64,000 nt of DNA from Candidatus Peribacteraceae bacterium (GTDB lineage: Bacteria > Patescibacteriota > Gracilibacteria > Peribacterales > Peribacteraceae), in assembly GCA_040081825.1 (NCBI GenBank), contig JBEBFT010000001.1:67580-131579 (forward strand). Direction: 5' to 3'. The translations under genes and the position numbers were made by a program. The number at the start of each line of letters is the position of its first letter. Position 1 is the stretch's first letter. Of this stretch, positions 18,708-27,716 are shown one piece after another. The notes below the pieces were generated by a model. It saw only the letters and a program-made list of their open reading frames with translations, made no database searches and was not told the DNA's origin.

Positions 18708-19169
18708 ATGTTTCATTTTCATCAGGAAGCACGTTTGCTCGCTCGTTTCCTCGAAAGGCCACGGCAAGATCCAGTCGAATCACCTCAGAGTCCTAGTGCT
18801 GCCGATAACAAACAGCGGCTTAATGCCCTGCGACAAAGAGTCCAGCAGAGCGCTCCTCAGGAACCGGTTGCGCCGACAGCGGCTGATGATCGGGCACGAC
18901 TTGATGCGCTCAAAAACAAAACAGTGACTCCGGAAGCTCAGTTGCATCCTGCCAATACGCCAGCAACACTCGAGCTTGGTCCAACGGAGCAGGCACGCGT
19001 GATCATCCCTGGTATCAACCCTCCGATTCTCGTGCATCGCAACTTCGTTCGAACGCAGAATGATCCAACAGGTCGTATCAAGTTTAATGTCGAGCGCAAA
19101 CGCAACGGTGACAAGTACACGGTCACTGCCAGCGCATCCGTGGCAGGCCTAAAGATCGAGCGTGTATAA
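18708..19169 (+). CDS. Hypothetical protein with a short internal repeat
   Basis: PSAADNKQRLNALR / PTAADDRARLDALK repeat. Confidence 0.6.
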   Translation: MFHFHQEARLLARFLERPRQDPVESPQSPSAADNKQRLNALRQRVQQSAPQEPVAPTAADDRARLDALKNKTVTPEAQLHPANTPATLELGPTEQARVIIPGINPPILVHRNFVRTQNDPTGRIKFNVERKRNGDKYTVTASASVAGLKIERV

Positions 19170-19242
19170 AGAGCAAGTAATCCTTGTAACAAAAGGAGAG
19201 TGTGATCGTCTATACTAATATCACACTTTCCTTTTTTCTTTT

Positions 19243-21795
19243 ATGCGCGTTTCTCTTTCACTTCTTACGCTCACAGCGATTACTGCAACTCTGGTGCCGC
19301 CGCTTGCCCCCGTGCATGCAGTAGCCTTCTCGGATGTATCGGGCTCGACTGAGTATCACGACGCGATTCAGTCGCTCGAATCCAAAGGAGTTATTCAGGG
19401 CAATCCCGACGGAACATTTCGATCTACTGCATTTGTTAATCGTGCAGAGCTGCTGAAGATTCTTCTTGAATCCCGAGGAACCGTCGAGTCGGAAGACGGA
19501 AGCCACTGTTTCCCAGATGTGAGGGACGAATGGTTCGCAGGATACGTCTGTGCCGCAGAGGAAGAGGGGATTATCGATGGCTATCCAGACGGGATGTTCC
19601 GACCTGAGAAGCCCGTCACATTCGTCGAGGCTGCAAAGATTTTCTCCAACGCGTACGATCAGGAACTTGGGACCGGATCCGAATGGTACGAGCCCTTTGC
19701 TCGTGCACTCGATTCCTCGAAAGCCATTCCCCCAAGTATCGAAAAGCTGGACGCTCCACTCACGCGTGGAGAAATGGCAGAAATGATGTGGCGTTTGTCT
19801 GAGGGAAAGACCGATCAGGATTCGAAGGGCTATCTGAACGTGAAGTATCCAGACATGAAGGTGGATTTGTCTTCTGATGCTCCACAGAAACTCACGTCTT
19901 GTACTGATTTGAAGGCGTTCACTGATGAGGCAGGAATGGGTGGAGGCGGGTATCCGATGCCGTTAGGTTTTGCGAGGGAGATGCCTGCGATGATGGATAT
20001 GGCCGTGAACGATGGAGCCGCAGTGACGAAATCGGAGTCCTCTGGAACCACAGGAGGCGATTACTCTCACACGAACATTCAGGTCGAGGGAGTCGATGAG
20101 GGAGATATCGTGAAGACCGATGGACAGTATGTGTATGCACTCTCACGCAATGACGGCAAAGTGCGCATTGTAGATATTCGTGATGCTAAGAACCCGAAGG
20201 TTGTATCCACGGTTTCCATCGACAATTTCTACGGATCTGAAGTCTACGTTGCAGGATCGACGCTCGTGCTCATTGGCACGATTTCGGTTCCGTACGACGG
20301 AGGCGTGTATCCGATGCCTCTGGGTGAGGGTCCTGCTGATCAAAAAATGGCAATGTCGATGATCTATCCACCGATCTATCAGACACAGAAAACGACTGCG
20401 CTCTTCTTCGATGTTTCGACGAAGTCGAAGCCTGTGGAGAAGAGGCGAGTGTCTATCGAGGGAAATCGCATCTCTACACGCGTCTCCGATGGAGCTCTAC
20501 TCCTTGTCCTTCAAACCAGTCCGCGATGGTGGGGTCCGTACGTTCAGAGCAAAACTGCACGTGCCGAAGGACTGCTTCCCGTGTTCGATGATTCTGCAAA
20601 ACGAATCGAAGACTCACCAGTCGTTGGCTGCAATGATGTGACGGTACTTCCTCGCGTTCCGCGTCCACAGTATCTGATTGTCGCGAGTGTACCGCTCACT
20701 GGCACAGGTGACGTGCAGCGCGAAGTGATCTTGGGTGATGCTACACAGGTATATGTCTCGAGTGACAACCTGTACATCGCAGCGACCGAGTGGCAGTACT
20801 GGTGGGGGAGCCGCGGCATGCCGCCATCCGAGAAAACGCATCTGTATCGTTTCTCCTACAGTCCTTCCTCAGTTGAGTTCCGTGCACACGGAACGGTTCC
20901 TGGACATTTACTGAACCAGTTCTCGATGGATGAAATGAATAGCAACTTCCGCGTTGCGACCACTATTGGTGAGCAGTGGGGAGTAGATGATAGAACAAGC
21001 GTTTCAAGAAATAATGTTTTCGTTCTCAATTCTTCACTCGAAACAGTTGGTTCCATTGAAAACATTGCACCAGGTGAAACGATCTATTCTGCTCGTTTCC
21101 TGGGCAATCGTGCGTACATGGTGACGTTCAAAAAGATCGATCCTTTCTTCGTTCTCGATCTCTCGAATCCACGTGATCCAAAGGTCCTGGGCGCACTCAA
21201 GATTCCTGGCTACTCCGATTATCTGCATCCGTACGATGAGAATCACATCATCGGCTTCGGTAAAGATGCAGTCGATTCAGGAAAAGAAGACTTCGCCTGG
21301 TATCAGGGCATGAAGATCGCTCTCTTCGATGTCTCGGATGTCGAAAATCCGAAAGAGAAGTTCAAGACGATCATTGGTGACCGTGGCACACAGAGCCCGC
21401 TCCTCTACGATCACAAGGCTTTGCTCTTCGATAAAGAGCGTGGACTGCTTGCGTTTCCAGTGCAGGTACTGGAACTCACTGCCGAGCAGAAAGCGAAGCC
21501 AGATGATGGATCGGCATACGGCAGTCCTGTGTTCCAGGGTGCCTACATCTACGATCTCTCGCTCAGTAAGGGGTTCACTCTTCGCGGCAAGATCTCGCAC
21601 TACGAGGAAGAGGATTTCATCAAGTCTGGAAGTTCCTGGTATGGATACGGCAAGGACATCGAGCGCATTGTGCGTATCGGTTCTTCACTCTTCACAGTTT
21701 CTGAAGGCATGTTGAAGGCCAACGAACTGGAGTCACTTAATCCGCAGGGATCGGTGAAATTGGCTGAGCAGACGAACGGGGGAATCGTATATTAA
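19243..21795 (+). CDS. S-layer homology (SLH) plus secreted beta-propeller domain protein
   Basis: FSDV...GVIQGNPDGTF...NRAE SLH repeats; TNIQVEGVDEGDIVKTDG, LLNQFSMDE, LKIPGYSDYLHP. Confidence 0.9.
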   Translation: MRVSLSLLTLTAITATLVPPLAPVHAVAFSDVSGSTEYHDAIQSLESKGVIQGNPDGTFRSTAFVNRAELLKILLESRGTVESEDGSHCFPDVRDEWFAGYVCAAEEEGIIDGYPDGMFRPEKPVTFVEAAKIFSNAYDQELGTGSEWYEPFARALDSSKAIPPSIEKLDAPLTRGEMAEMMWRLSEGKTDQDSKGYLNVKYPDMKVDLSSDAPQKLTSCTDLKAFTDEAGMGGGGYPMPLGFAREMPAMMDMAVNDGAAVTKSESSGTTGGDYSHTNIQVEGVDEGDIVKTDGQYVYALSRNDGKVRIVDIRDAKNPKVVSTVSIDNFYGSEVYVAGSTLVLIGTISVPYDGGVYPMPLGEGPADQKMAMSMIYPPIYQTQKTTALFFDVSTKSKPVEKRRVSIEGNRISTRVSDGALLLVLQTSPRWWGPYVQSKTARAEGLLPVFDDSAKRIEDSPVVGCNDVTVLPRVPRPQYLIVASVPLTGTGDVQREVILGDATQVYVSSDNLYIAATEWQYWWGSRGMPPSEKTHLYRFSYSPSSVEFRAHGTVPGHLLNQFSMDEMNSNFRVATTIGEQWGVDDRTSVSRNNVFVLNSSLETVGSIENIAPGETIYSARFLGNRAYMVTFKKIDPFFVLDLSNPRDPKVLGALKIPGYSDYLHPYDENHIIGFGKDAVDSGKEDFAWYQGMKIALFDVSDVENPKEKFKTIIGDRGTQSPLLYDHKALLFDKERGLLAFPVQVLELTAEQKAKPDDGSAYGSPVFQGAYIYDLSLSKGFTLRGKISHYEEEDFIKSGSSWYGYGKDIERIVRIGSSLFTVSEGMLKANELESLNPQGSVKLAEQTNGGIVY

Positions 21796-21810
21796 AAAAT
21801 CTGATGATTG

Positions 21811-21841
21811 TAGAGCCGCACAACTTTGCGGCTCTATTTTT
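21811..21841 (+). terminator. Intrinsic terminator
   Basis: TAGAGCCGCA-loop-TGCGGCTCTA-TTTTT. Confidence 0.75.
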
Positions 21842-21852
21842 GTCGACATCAC

Positions 21853-21936
21853 CTCACGCAGGTCGGTAGACCTGCGCTCGGCTTCCGTCATTTGCTCACT
21901 CAGGTCGGTAGACTTGCGCTCGGTTTCCGTCATTTC
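21853..21936. repeat. Tandem 42-bp repeat with hairpin
   Basis: CTCACGCAGGTC-GGTA-GACCTGCGCTCGGCTTCCGTCATTT twice, with few mismatches. Confidence 0.85.
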
Positions 21937-23871
21937 CTATTTCCTTAAACTATCCGCACTGATGATTGCAATCGGCGGGTCGGTGTCGTCCTTCTTCTGC
22001 TCAGGGATTGGCTGAGACGTGGATGGCGTCACGGGCTTCGGCTCAGCAGGTCGATTCTGCACTGCAGGAGGCACGGCTTTAGGAGCAGGGGGTGGCAGCG
22101 GAGCACTCACAGGCTTCGCAGTTACTTGTGGTGCAGCAGGAAGCGGCCTCGGACTCGCTTCAACCTTAGGAGAAGGTGGAATAGGAGGTGTGACTGGTGC
22201 AGGAGTGGCTGTTGGCGCTGGCGGAGCTAGTTGCGTAACGGGCTCAGTTTTTGGAGGCACGGGAGTATTCTGTTTAGGCTTTAGCCAGTCGGGCACTGCG
22301 CCATTGTCTGCTTGCTTCGTTGGGTTCTGTACTACTGCACTTGCTTCAGTCGCAGTGACAACTGGAGGTTTCGGTACGTTGGTTTTGACTTCGTTTTTTG
22401 TCAAAGGAGCTGTGCTTACGACCGTGGCTTTCTGAGGAGCGGCAACTTTTTGATCACTCGCTGGAGCCTTCTTCAGCCAATCTGGTACTGGTCCTGCTGC
22501 GGTTGTGGGTGCGGCAGAAGCAGCTGTGGGCTTCAACTCAGTGTGTGACATTTCTTTCTGGATCACTTCCTCTTCAGTCAGTACTGTCCCTTTCTTCACA
22601 GACTCTGATGCTTCTGTGCTTGGGCGTATCGTCACTGCTGCAGGCTTCGCTACAGTTTCTTCCTCTTTCTTCTCTACTATTGCACCTTCCATTTTCTCCA
22701 GTGTTTTCTGAATCCCTGTCGTCGTTTTGCTTTTGATCCATTGCAAGAGTGCATACAGGCCGATAGCGAGTGCAAGGAGAACGAAAATGATAAGAAGCAC
22801 TTTGATAATGCCGAAGATTGAAGAAGAGCCGCCACTCGTGGGAGTCGTAACTATGTCGTCAGAAGATGCTGAACTCGATGTCGTACCGCCCGTCGTGCTT
22901 GATGTCTCTACGACCACACTCTGACTGGACTGGAACAGTTCTTCGCCTGTGCGAATGTCGCGGATGCGTACAGATACTGCGTACGTTCCTGCCGATCGAT
23001 ACTCGTGTGTTGGACTCGTGAGTAGACTCTTGACCCTATCACCGAAGTCCCACTCGTACAGAAGTTGCCTGCCCTCTGATTGTGCTTGATCCAGAGTGAC
23101 CGAGAATGTGAGTTGACCCTTGTCGTTCTTCACCGAGATTGGCCCAGCCTGCTGCACCGTTCCACTCGTTGAAGGGGTGACGGTCACTCCGTACAGAACG
23201 GGAAGTGCCAACGTGTACGGCTGGTCACCGCGAGTATTGGTAACTGTCAGCGACACACTTCTGCCGGGTCGTGGAAGCATGGCGACGAAGATCGGTGACC
23301 CGATTTTCTCAAACGATGTTCCAACAGTGTCGTCATCATTGGTAGGATTGCCATCTCCGTTACTGTCGAGTGTAGTATCTAGGTCGAGCGAGAATCGGTC
23401 GATGCGCCCTGTGGATGCAGACGGATCAATTTTTAGCAGCCCTCCTTGTTCAGGTAGACCACTGGATGTTCCTTGTGGATTCTGTAGCTCCAGCCGCGCC
23501 TGTGGTGGGGAGTCAGCATTACGCGCTTGTGGCAGCACTGCAGCAGTCTCGGCGACAATAATCGTGAACGCTCTGTAGTGCTGCTGATTTGTGACAGAAT
23601 CCTGAATACTGACGTCCAGTACATATGTTCCAGGCTCTGTCAGACGTGCCTGAAAGAAGCGTGTCCTAGCAGCCGACTGAAACGCTCGGTCCTTGGTCAG
23701 AATCCAGTTGAATTCGCTGGATGGCGATGGACTATCAACTGTGATTTCGAAGACCTCACCTTGGCTTAGTCTAATCGCATCTGGGACTGAGGCATTCGTT
23801 TGTGCGCTCATCAGTCCCGGTAATAGTCCGAGAACGAACACTACGCCGATCAGGAAGGAGTGGATCTTCAT
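21937..23871 (-). CDS. PKD-domain membrane protein with Pro-rich tail
   Basis: Signal peptide; YEWDFGD...PTHEY...GTYAVSV; TM; two VPDWLK repeats. Confidence 0.8.
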   Translation of the reverse strand: MKIHSFLIGVVFVLGLLPGLMSAQTNASVPDAIRLSQGEVFEITVDSPSPSSEFNWILTKDRAFQSAARTRFFQARLTEPGTYVLDVSIQDSVTNQQHYRAFTIIVAETAAVLPQARNADSPPQARLELQNPQGTSSGLPEQGGLLKIDPSASTGRIDRFSLDLDTTLDSNGDGNPTNDDDTVGTSFEKIGSPIFVAMLPRPGRSVSLTVTNTRGDQPYTLALPVLYGVTVTPSTSGTVQQAGPISVKNDKGQLTFSVTLDQAQSEGRQLLYEWDFGDRVKSLLTSPTHEYRSAGTYAVSVRIRDIRTGEELFQSSQSVVVETSSTTGGTTSSSASSDDIVTTPTSGGSSSIFGIIKVLLIIFVLLALAIGLYALLQWIKSKTTTGIQKTLEKMEGAIVEKKEEETVAKPAAVTIRPSTEASESVKKGTVLTEEEVIQKEMSHTELKPTAASAAPTTAAGPVPDWLKKAPASDQKVAAPQKATVVSTAPLTKNEVKTNVPKPPVVTATEASAVVQNPTKQADNGAVPDWLKPKQNTPVPPKTEPVTQLAPPAPTATPAPVTPPIPPSPKVEASPRPLPAAPQVTAKPVSAPLPPPAPKAVPPAVQNRPAEPKPVTPSTSQPIPEQKKDDTDPPIAIISADSLRK

Positions 23872-24257
23872 TCAAAGATGCTGACAACAAGTGCGACAAT
23901 CACTCTGGCGAACAGAATGACGATAATGCCGATCACAACGTACGTAATAATTTTCTTTGCCTTATCTTTGTTTCCTTCATCTCCGTTGCTGACTATCAAA
24001 TACACACCAGCAATGATGATGGCGAGAACGGCGAGGAGGAGTGCGATGTCCAAGATGAATGCGATAATCGCGAGTACAATTTCTTGCACAGTGGAAGCTG
24101 CAGAGATGCCTCCGATACCACTGAGAAGCCCGAGTCCACTTTCTAATCCAGAACCTCCGTAGACTTGCGCAGCAGCTACGCTTGGGACGAGTAGTGTGGT
24201 CAAAAGAGAGAGCCGTACTACCGCACTTTTCACCGTGTTTGAGAGGAAGAAAGTCAT
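23868..24257 (-). CDS. VirB2/TrbC-like pilin
   Basis: Signal peptide, two TMs, IIAGVYLIVSNGDEGNKDKAKKII pattern. Confidence 0.75.
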   Translation of the reverse strand: MTFFLSNTVKSAVVRLSLLTTLLVPSVAAAQVYGGSGLESGLGLLSGIGGISAASTVQEIVLAIIAFILDIALLLAVLAIIIAGVYLIVSNGDEGNKDKAKKIITYVVIGIIVILFARVIVALVVSIFE

Positions 24258-24301
24258 CTCACTATGATACCATAGTTTCGTAGATTTCTCTACCCCTTGT
24301 T

Positions 24302-25315
24302 ATGCCTCAAAAGCACTATACTTTGCATCTCCAGCGCCTTAAAGCACTCATGCGCAAAGTCGCTCTACCAGCACTTCTGATCACGAACCTAACAAACATT
24401 CGCTACCTGACTGGACTCACTGTGTCTGCCGGGTCGATTCTTATTGCTAACGACGAAGCAACACTCTTTGTCGATGGCAGGTACAGCGAAGCGGCAACTA
24501 CAGTCACGTGGATGAAGGTGAAGAGGCACAGAGATCTTCTGACTGATCTGTCTCGTATTCGGCGGCTCGGGATCGAAGAAAGTGTCATGACAGTTGCAGA
24601 GCATCAGCGACTGCATACAAAACTGAAGAGTACAAAACTAGTTCAAACAAAGTCTATGATAGAAGGGCTCCGTATGATTAAGGATCAGAAGGAAATCAAA
24701 TCAGTTCAGGCTGCCCTTCGTATCACTAAAAGTATTCTCCGCTCGATTCCTGCGTGGCTACGAGCGAGTATCTCCGAGCGCGATCTTGCATTTCGTATCG
24801 AGAGAGAAGCACTCGCACTTGGGGCTGAAACCATGGCTTTTCCTACGATTGTTGGGTTTGGATCGAACACAAGCCTTCCACATCATCATCCAACGGATCG
24901 TCCACTACGCAAAACTGACATAGTGCAGATCGATCTGGGAGTAAAAGTAGATGGTTACTGTAGCGACATGAGTCGTGTGTTCTTTATTGGGACACCAACG
25001 ACTGAAATGAAGAAAGTCTACCGAGCCCTAAAGAAAGCCAAGAAGTCTGCTGAGTGTCTTGTGCATCCCGGTGTGTCTACTAGACGATTAGATAGGGTTG
25101 CTCGTGATTCTCTCAAAGTAGAAAACTTGGAACAGTACTTCGTTCATTCGCTCGGACATGGTGTGGGTTTGGATATTCACGAGTCGCCGACCCTCTCGAG
25201 CAAGGCACCCGATCATCGCTTACGCGCAGGAGAAATCATAACGATCGAACCCGGTGTGTACATCCCCGGTAAGTGGGGGATGAGGATCGAGGATACGATT
25301 ATTGTGACTGTGTAG
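24302..25315 (+). CDS. Xaa-Pro peptidase (M24 family)
   Basis: NIRYLTG, IDLG, YCSDMSR, HSLGHGVGLDIHE, TIEPGVY, RIED. Confidence 0.92.
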   Translation: MPQKHYTLHLQRLKALMRKVALPALLITNLTNIRYLTGLTVSAGSILIANDEATLFVDGRYSEAATTVTWMKVKRHRDLLTDLSRIRRLGIEESVMTVAEHQRLHTKLKSTKLVQTKSMIEGLRMIKDQKEIKSVQAALRITKSILRSIPAWLRASISERDLAFRIEREALALGAETMAFPTIVGFGSNTSLPHHHPTDRPLRKTDIVQIDLGVKVDGYCSDMSRVFFIGTPTTEMKKVYRALKKAKKSAECLVHPGVSTRRLDRVARDSLKVENLEQYFVHSLGHGVGLDIHESPTLSSKAPDHRLRAGEIITIEPGVYIPGKWGMRIEDTIIVTV

Positions 25316-25377
25316 TGGCTAGTAGCTAGTGGTTAGTACAACTGATTCTGTTAACTTGCCACTAACCACTAGCCACT
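25313..25377. repeat. Inverted heptamer-repeat element (TAGTGGY)n
   Basis: TAGTGGC/TAGTAGC/TAGTGGT followed by ACTAACCACTAGCCACT; same family at 40959-41030. Confidence 0.7.
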
Positions 25378-25395
25378 TCGTGTTATCCTTCACCC

Positions 25396-26391
25396 ATGGC
25401 TCGCCTCAAAATTGCTGTTCTCTACGTCGGAGGATCCATCGGTATGATCCGGAACCGTCGCACTGGTCGTATCGAACAGTTGGATTCCATCGAACATATT
25501 CATCGGTTTCTTCCCGAGGCTCAACGCGATGTTTCCTTGGAGTTCTTCACTGTAGCAAACGTCGGTTCCTCAGAAGTCACGCCCGAGCACTGGGTGCTGA
25601 TCGCTGAAAAAATTCGCGCACTCTACGATCGGTTCGATGGCTTTGTCGTCATTCACGGTACAAACACGATGGCGTATACCGCAGCGGCACTCTCGTTTGC
25701 GCTACAGAATCTCAGTAAGCCGATTATTCTCACGGGATCGATTCTCCCTCTCGATGAACTAGGCAGCGATGCACGCATGAATCTTGCATACGCTTTGCAG
25801 GCGGCACAGCTCGATTTGGCTGAGGTCTGCGTTGTTCTCGGTCCCCGTGTTCTTCGCGGGAATAGAGCAAAGAAGACAGATCAGTCCATCATTAAAACGT
25901 TTTCAACTCCACGCATGTCGCCACTTGTTCGTTTCGATGCGACAGTGGAGCTGAGTCCACGCAGAGTGGTGAGGCGAAAGAGAAGTTTAATTGTAAAACC
26001 CGCATTTGATCCGAATGTTCTATCGATCACGCTTCATCCTGGGATGCCGGAGCATTACTTCGATCTTCTTCTGGATTTTAATCCGAGCGGTATCGTGCTT
26101 CGAGCCTACGGACAGGGAATGTTGCCTGAGAGTTTGTTTCCGTGGCTCAGAGAAGCCACGAAGCGCAAGATTCCCATCGTGATCGTTTCGCAACTGCAGA
26201 AGGGCAGTATCGATCTTCATCGTTTTCGTAAGCAGATGACTCTAGAGAGTATGGGAGTCATCAGTGGTATGGATATGACGTACGAGTGCGCAGTTACAAA
26301 GCTCATGTGGGTGCTCGCGCAGACGAAAGATCCGCGAAGAGTTCGCGAACTGATGGAAAAAAGTTTGGCAGGGGAGCTGACACATGTGTAG
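25396..26391 (+). CDS. Type I asparaginase-family protein with variant active-site motifs
   Basis: VGGSI, DGFVVIHGTNTMAYTA, KPIILTGS, LRGNRAKK, DMTYECAVTKL. Confidence 0.85.
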   Translation: MARLKIAVLYVGGSIGMIRNRRTGRIEQLDSIEHIHRFLPEAQRDVSLEFFTVANVGSSEVTPEHWVLIAEKIRALYDRFDGFVVIHGTNTMAYTAAALSFALQNLSKPIILTGSILPLDELGSDARMNLAYALQAAQLDLAEVCVVLGPRVLRGNRAKKTDQSIIKTFSTPRMSPLVRFDATVELSPRRVVRRKRSLIVKPAFDPNVLSITLHPGMPEHYFDLLLDFNPSGIVLRAYGQGMLPESLFPWLREATKRKIPIVIVSQLQKGSIDLHRFRKQMTLESMGVISGMDMTYECAVTKLMWVLAQTKDPRRVRELMEKSLAGELTHV

Positions 26392-26422
26392 AAGTTGATC
26401 AATTCGCTATACTAGAAATCGT

Positions 26423-26510
26423 GCCGGGGTGGCGGAACGGTAGACGCAGGGGACTTAAAATCCCCGATCCCGAAACGGATGTGTGGGTTCGACTCCCACC
26501 CCTGGCACCA
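26423..26510 (+). tRNA. tRNA-Leu(TAA)
   Basis: CTTAAAA anticodon loop, long variable arm, GGTTCGACTCC, CCA. Confidence 0.95.
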
Positions 26511-26613
26511 TCTGTAACTTGCGAAGACGCATCAAGAGCGACTTTGAGCGATGTTTTCGAAATTCGCGAAATATATAAAAATATGGTATAATAACAAGTA
26601 AATACAAACACTC

Positions 26614-27627
26614 ATGGAAGCACCGAATAAAGCACAGGCAGAGTATCGACTCGGCATTTTGCTCGCGATCGGCACCCTTGTTTGGTCAGGTACCTACAGT
26701 TCGCTTGCTAAAGGACTGACGCCGTTTCTGTCTCCGATGACATTACTCCTCGCGAGCGAAACGCTGACTGCACTCTTCATTCTGCTTACCTTCGGTGTTG
26801 TGCCACTGGTGAAGGGGTTTAGGTCGCTTCCTTCTCGCTTGATCATCATCGCAGCATGCATCGGAGTACTCAACTCAGCGATAGCGCCGTACCTTTGGTT
26901 CTCTGGTCTCACACTGACGACGGCTGCGAATGCGTCTCTACTTTCTTCGGTGGAGATCATTTGGGGACTCGCTCTTGCAATGCTTCTTCTCGGAGAGCGA
27001 ATCAACAGTATGCAGGTATTGGGTATGATCGTTGTACTGGTCGGTATTGGTGTCATCAACTTCGGCACCGGCGCTGAGGCGCTTACCATTCACAAAGGCG
27101 ATGTGCTGGTGATCTTGGGTGCGGTGACATCAGGAACAGGTGCAGTGTTGTTCAAAAAGTACCTCTCACATATCATGCCGGAGCTGGCGATTCTAATACG
27201 CAACTTCGCAGGAATCGCAGTTGTGATCATGATTGGTTTTGCATTTTCGGTACCACTCACAGCTGAGGTTGCGGCATTCCCACTCGAGAAAGTACTACTA
27301 CTCCTCGCCTTTGCATTCTTCTCTCGTTATCTGACACTCACGTTCTTTTACGAGTCATTGGATCGCTTGCCGTCTACAACGTTCTCGCTTATTCAAATCG
27401 GTAGCCCGCTCGCGGGTGTCCTCTTTGCGGCTCTAATCGTTGGGGAGCAGATTCACTCCTATCACATTCTCGGCGGCATTTTCATACTCCTTGGACTCTT
27501 CATCGAGCAGATGTCAGCAGCGCGCATACGCTCGCTTAGCAAAGTCCACCCCCTTCGTTGGGTCCGTGCGCTGCACCTTCAGCGAAAGGATCAGGCGGGC
27601 TTACCGTTGCTGCCGAAGCATGTGTGA
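26614..27627 (+). CDS. DMT/EamA family transporter
   Basis: About 10 TMs in two EamA-like repeats (LLGERI, IVGEQI). Confidence 0.85.
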   Translation: MEAPNKAQAEYRLGILLAIGTLVWSGTYSSLAKGLTPFLSPMTLLLASETLTALFILLTFGVVPLVKGFRSLPSRLIIIAACIGVLNSAIAPYLWFSGLTLTTAANASLLSSVEIIWGLALAMLLLGERINSMQVLGMIVVLVGIGVINFGTGAEALTIHKGDVLVILGAVTSGTGAVLFKKYLSHIMPELAILIRNFAGIAVVIMIGFAFSVPLTAEVAAFPLEKVLLLLAFAFFSRYLTLTFFYESLDRLPSTTFSLIQIGSPLAGVLFAALIVGEQIHSYHILGGIFILLGLFIEQMSAARIRSLSKVHPLRWVRALHLQRKDQAGLPLLPKHV

Positions 27628-27630
27628 AAA

Positions 27631-27716
27631 GTATGTCGTATGTTGTATATGGTATGTGGTATACGAAAAGTTCTTAGATACTACATACGACATACCACAT
27701 ACCACATACAACATAC
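27631..27716. repeat. Inverted heptamer-repeat element (GTATGTG)n
   Basis: GTATGTC/GTATGTT/GTATATG/GTATGTG, then CATACGA/CATACCA repeats; half element at 55509-55540. Confidence 0.75.

Noticed and set aside
15161-19169. Prophage or integrative island at tRNA-His
   Set aside because: No integrase or phage genes; the only direct repeat closes at 15678.
21733-21933. 66-aa ORF with an MTE.ER.STDL repeat
   Set aside because: It is the translation of the 42-bp tandem repeat and overlaps a terminator and the opposite-strand gene.
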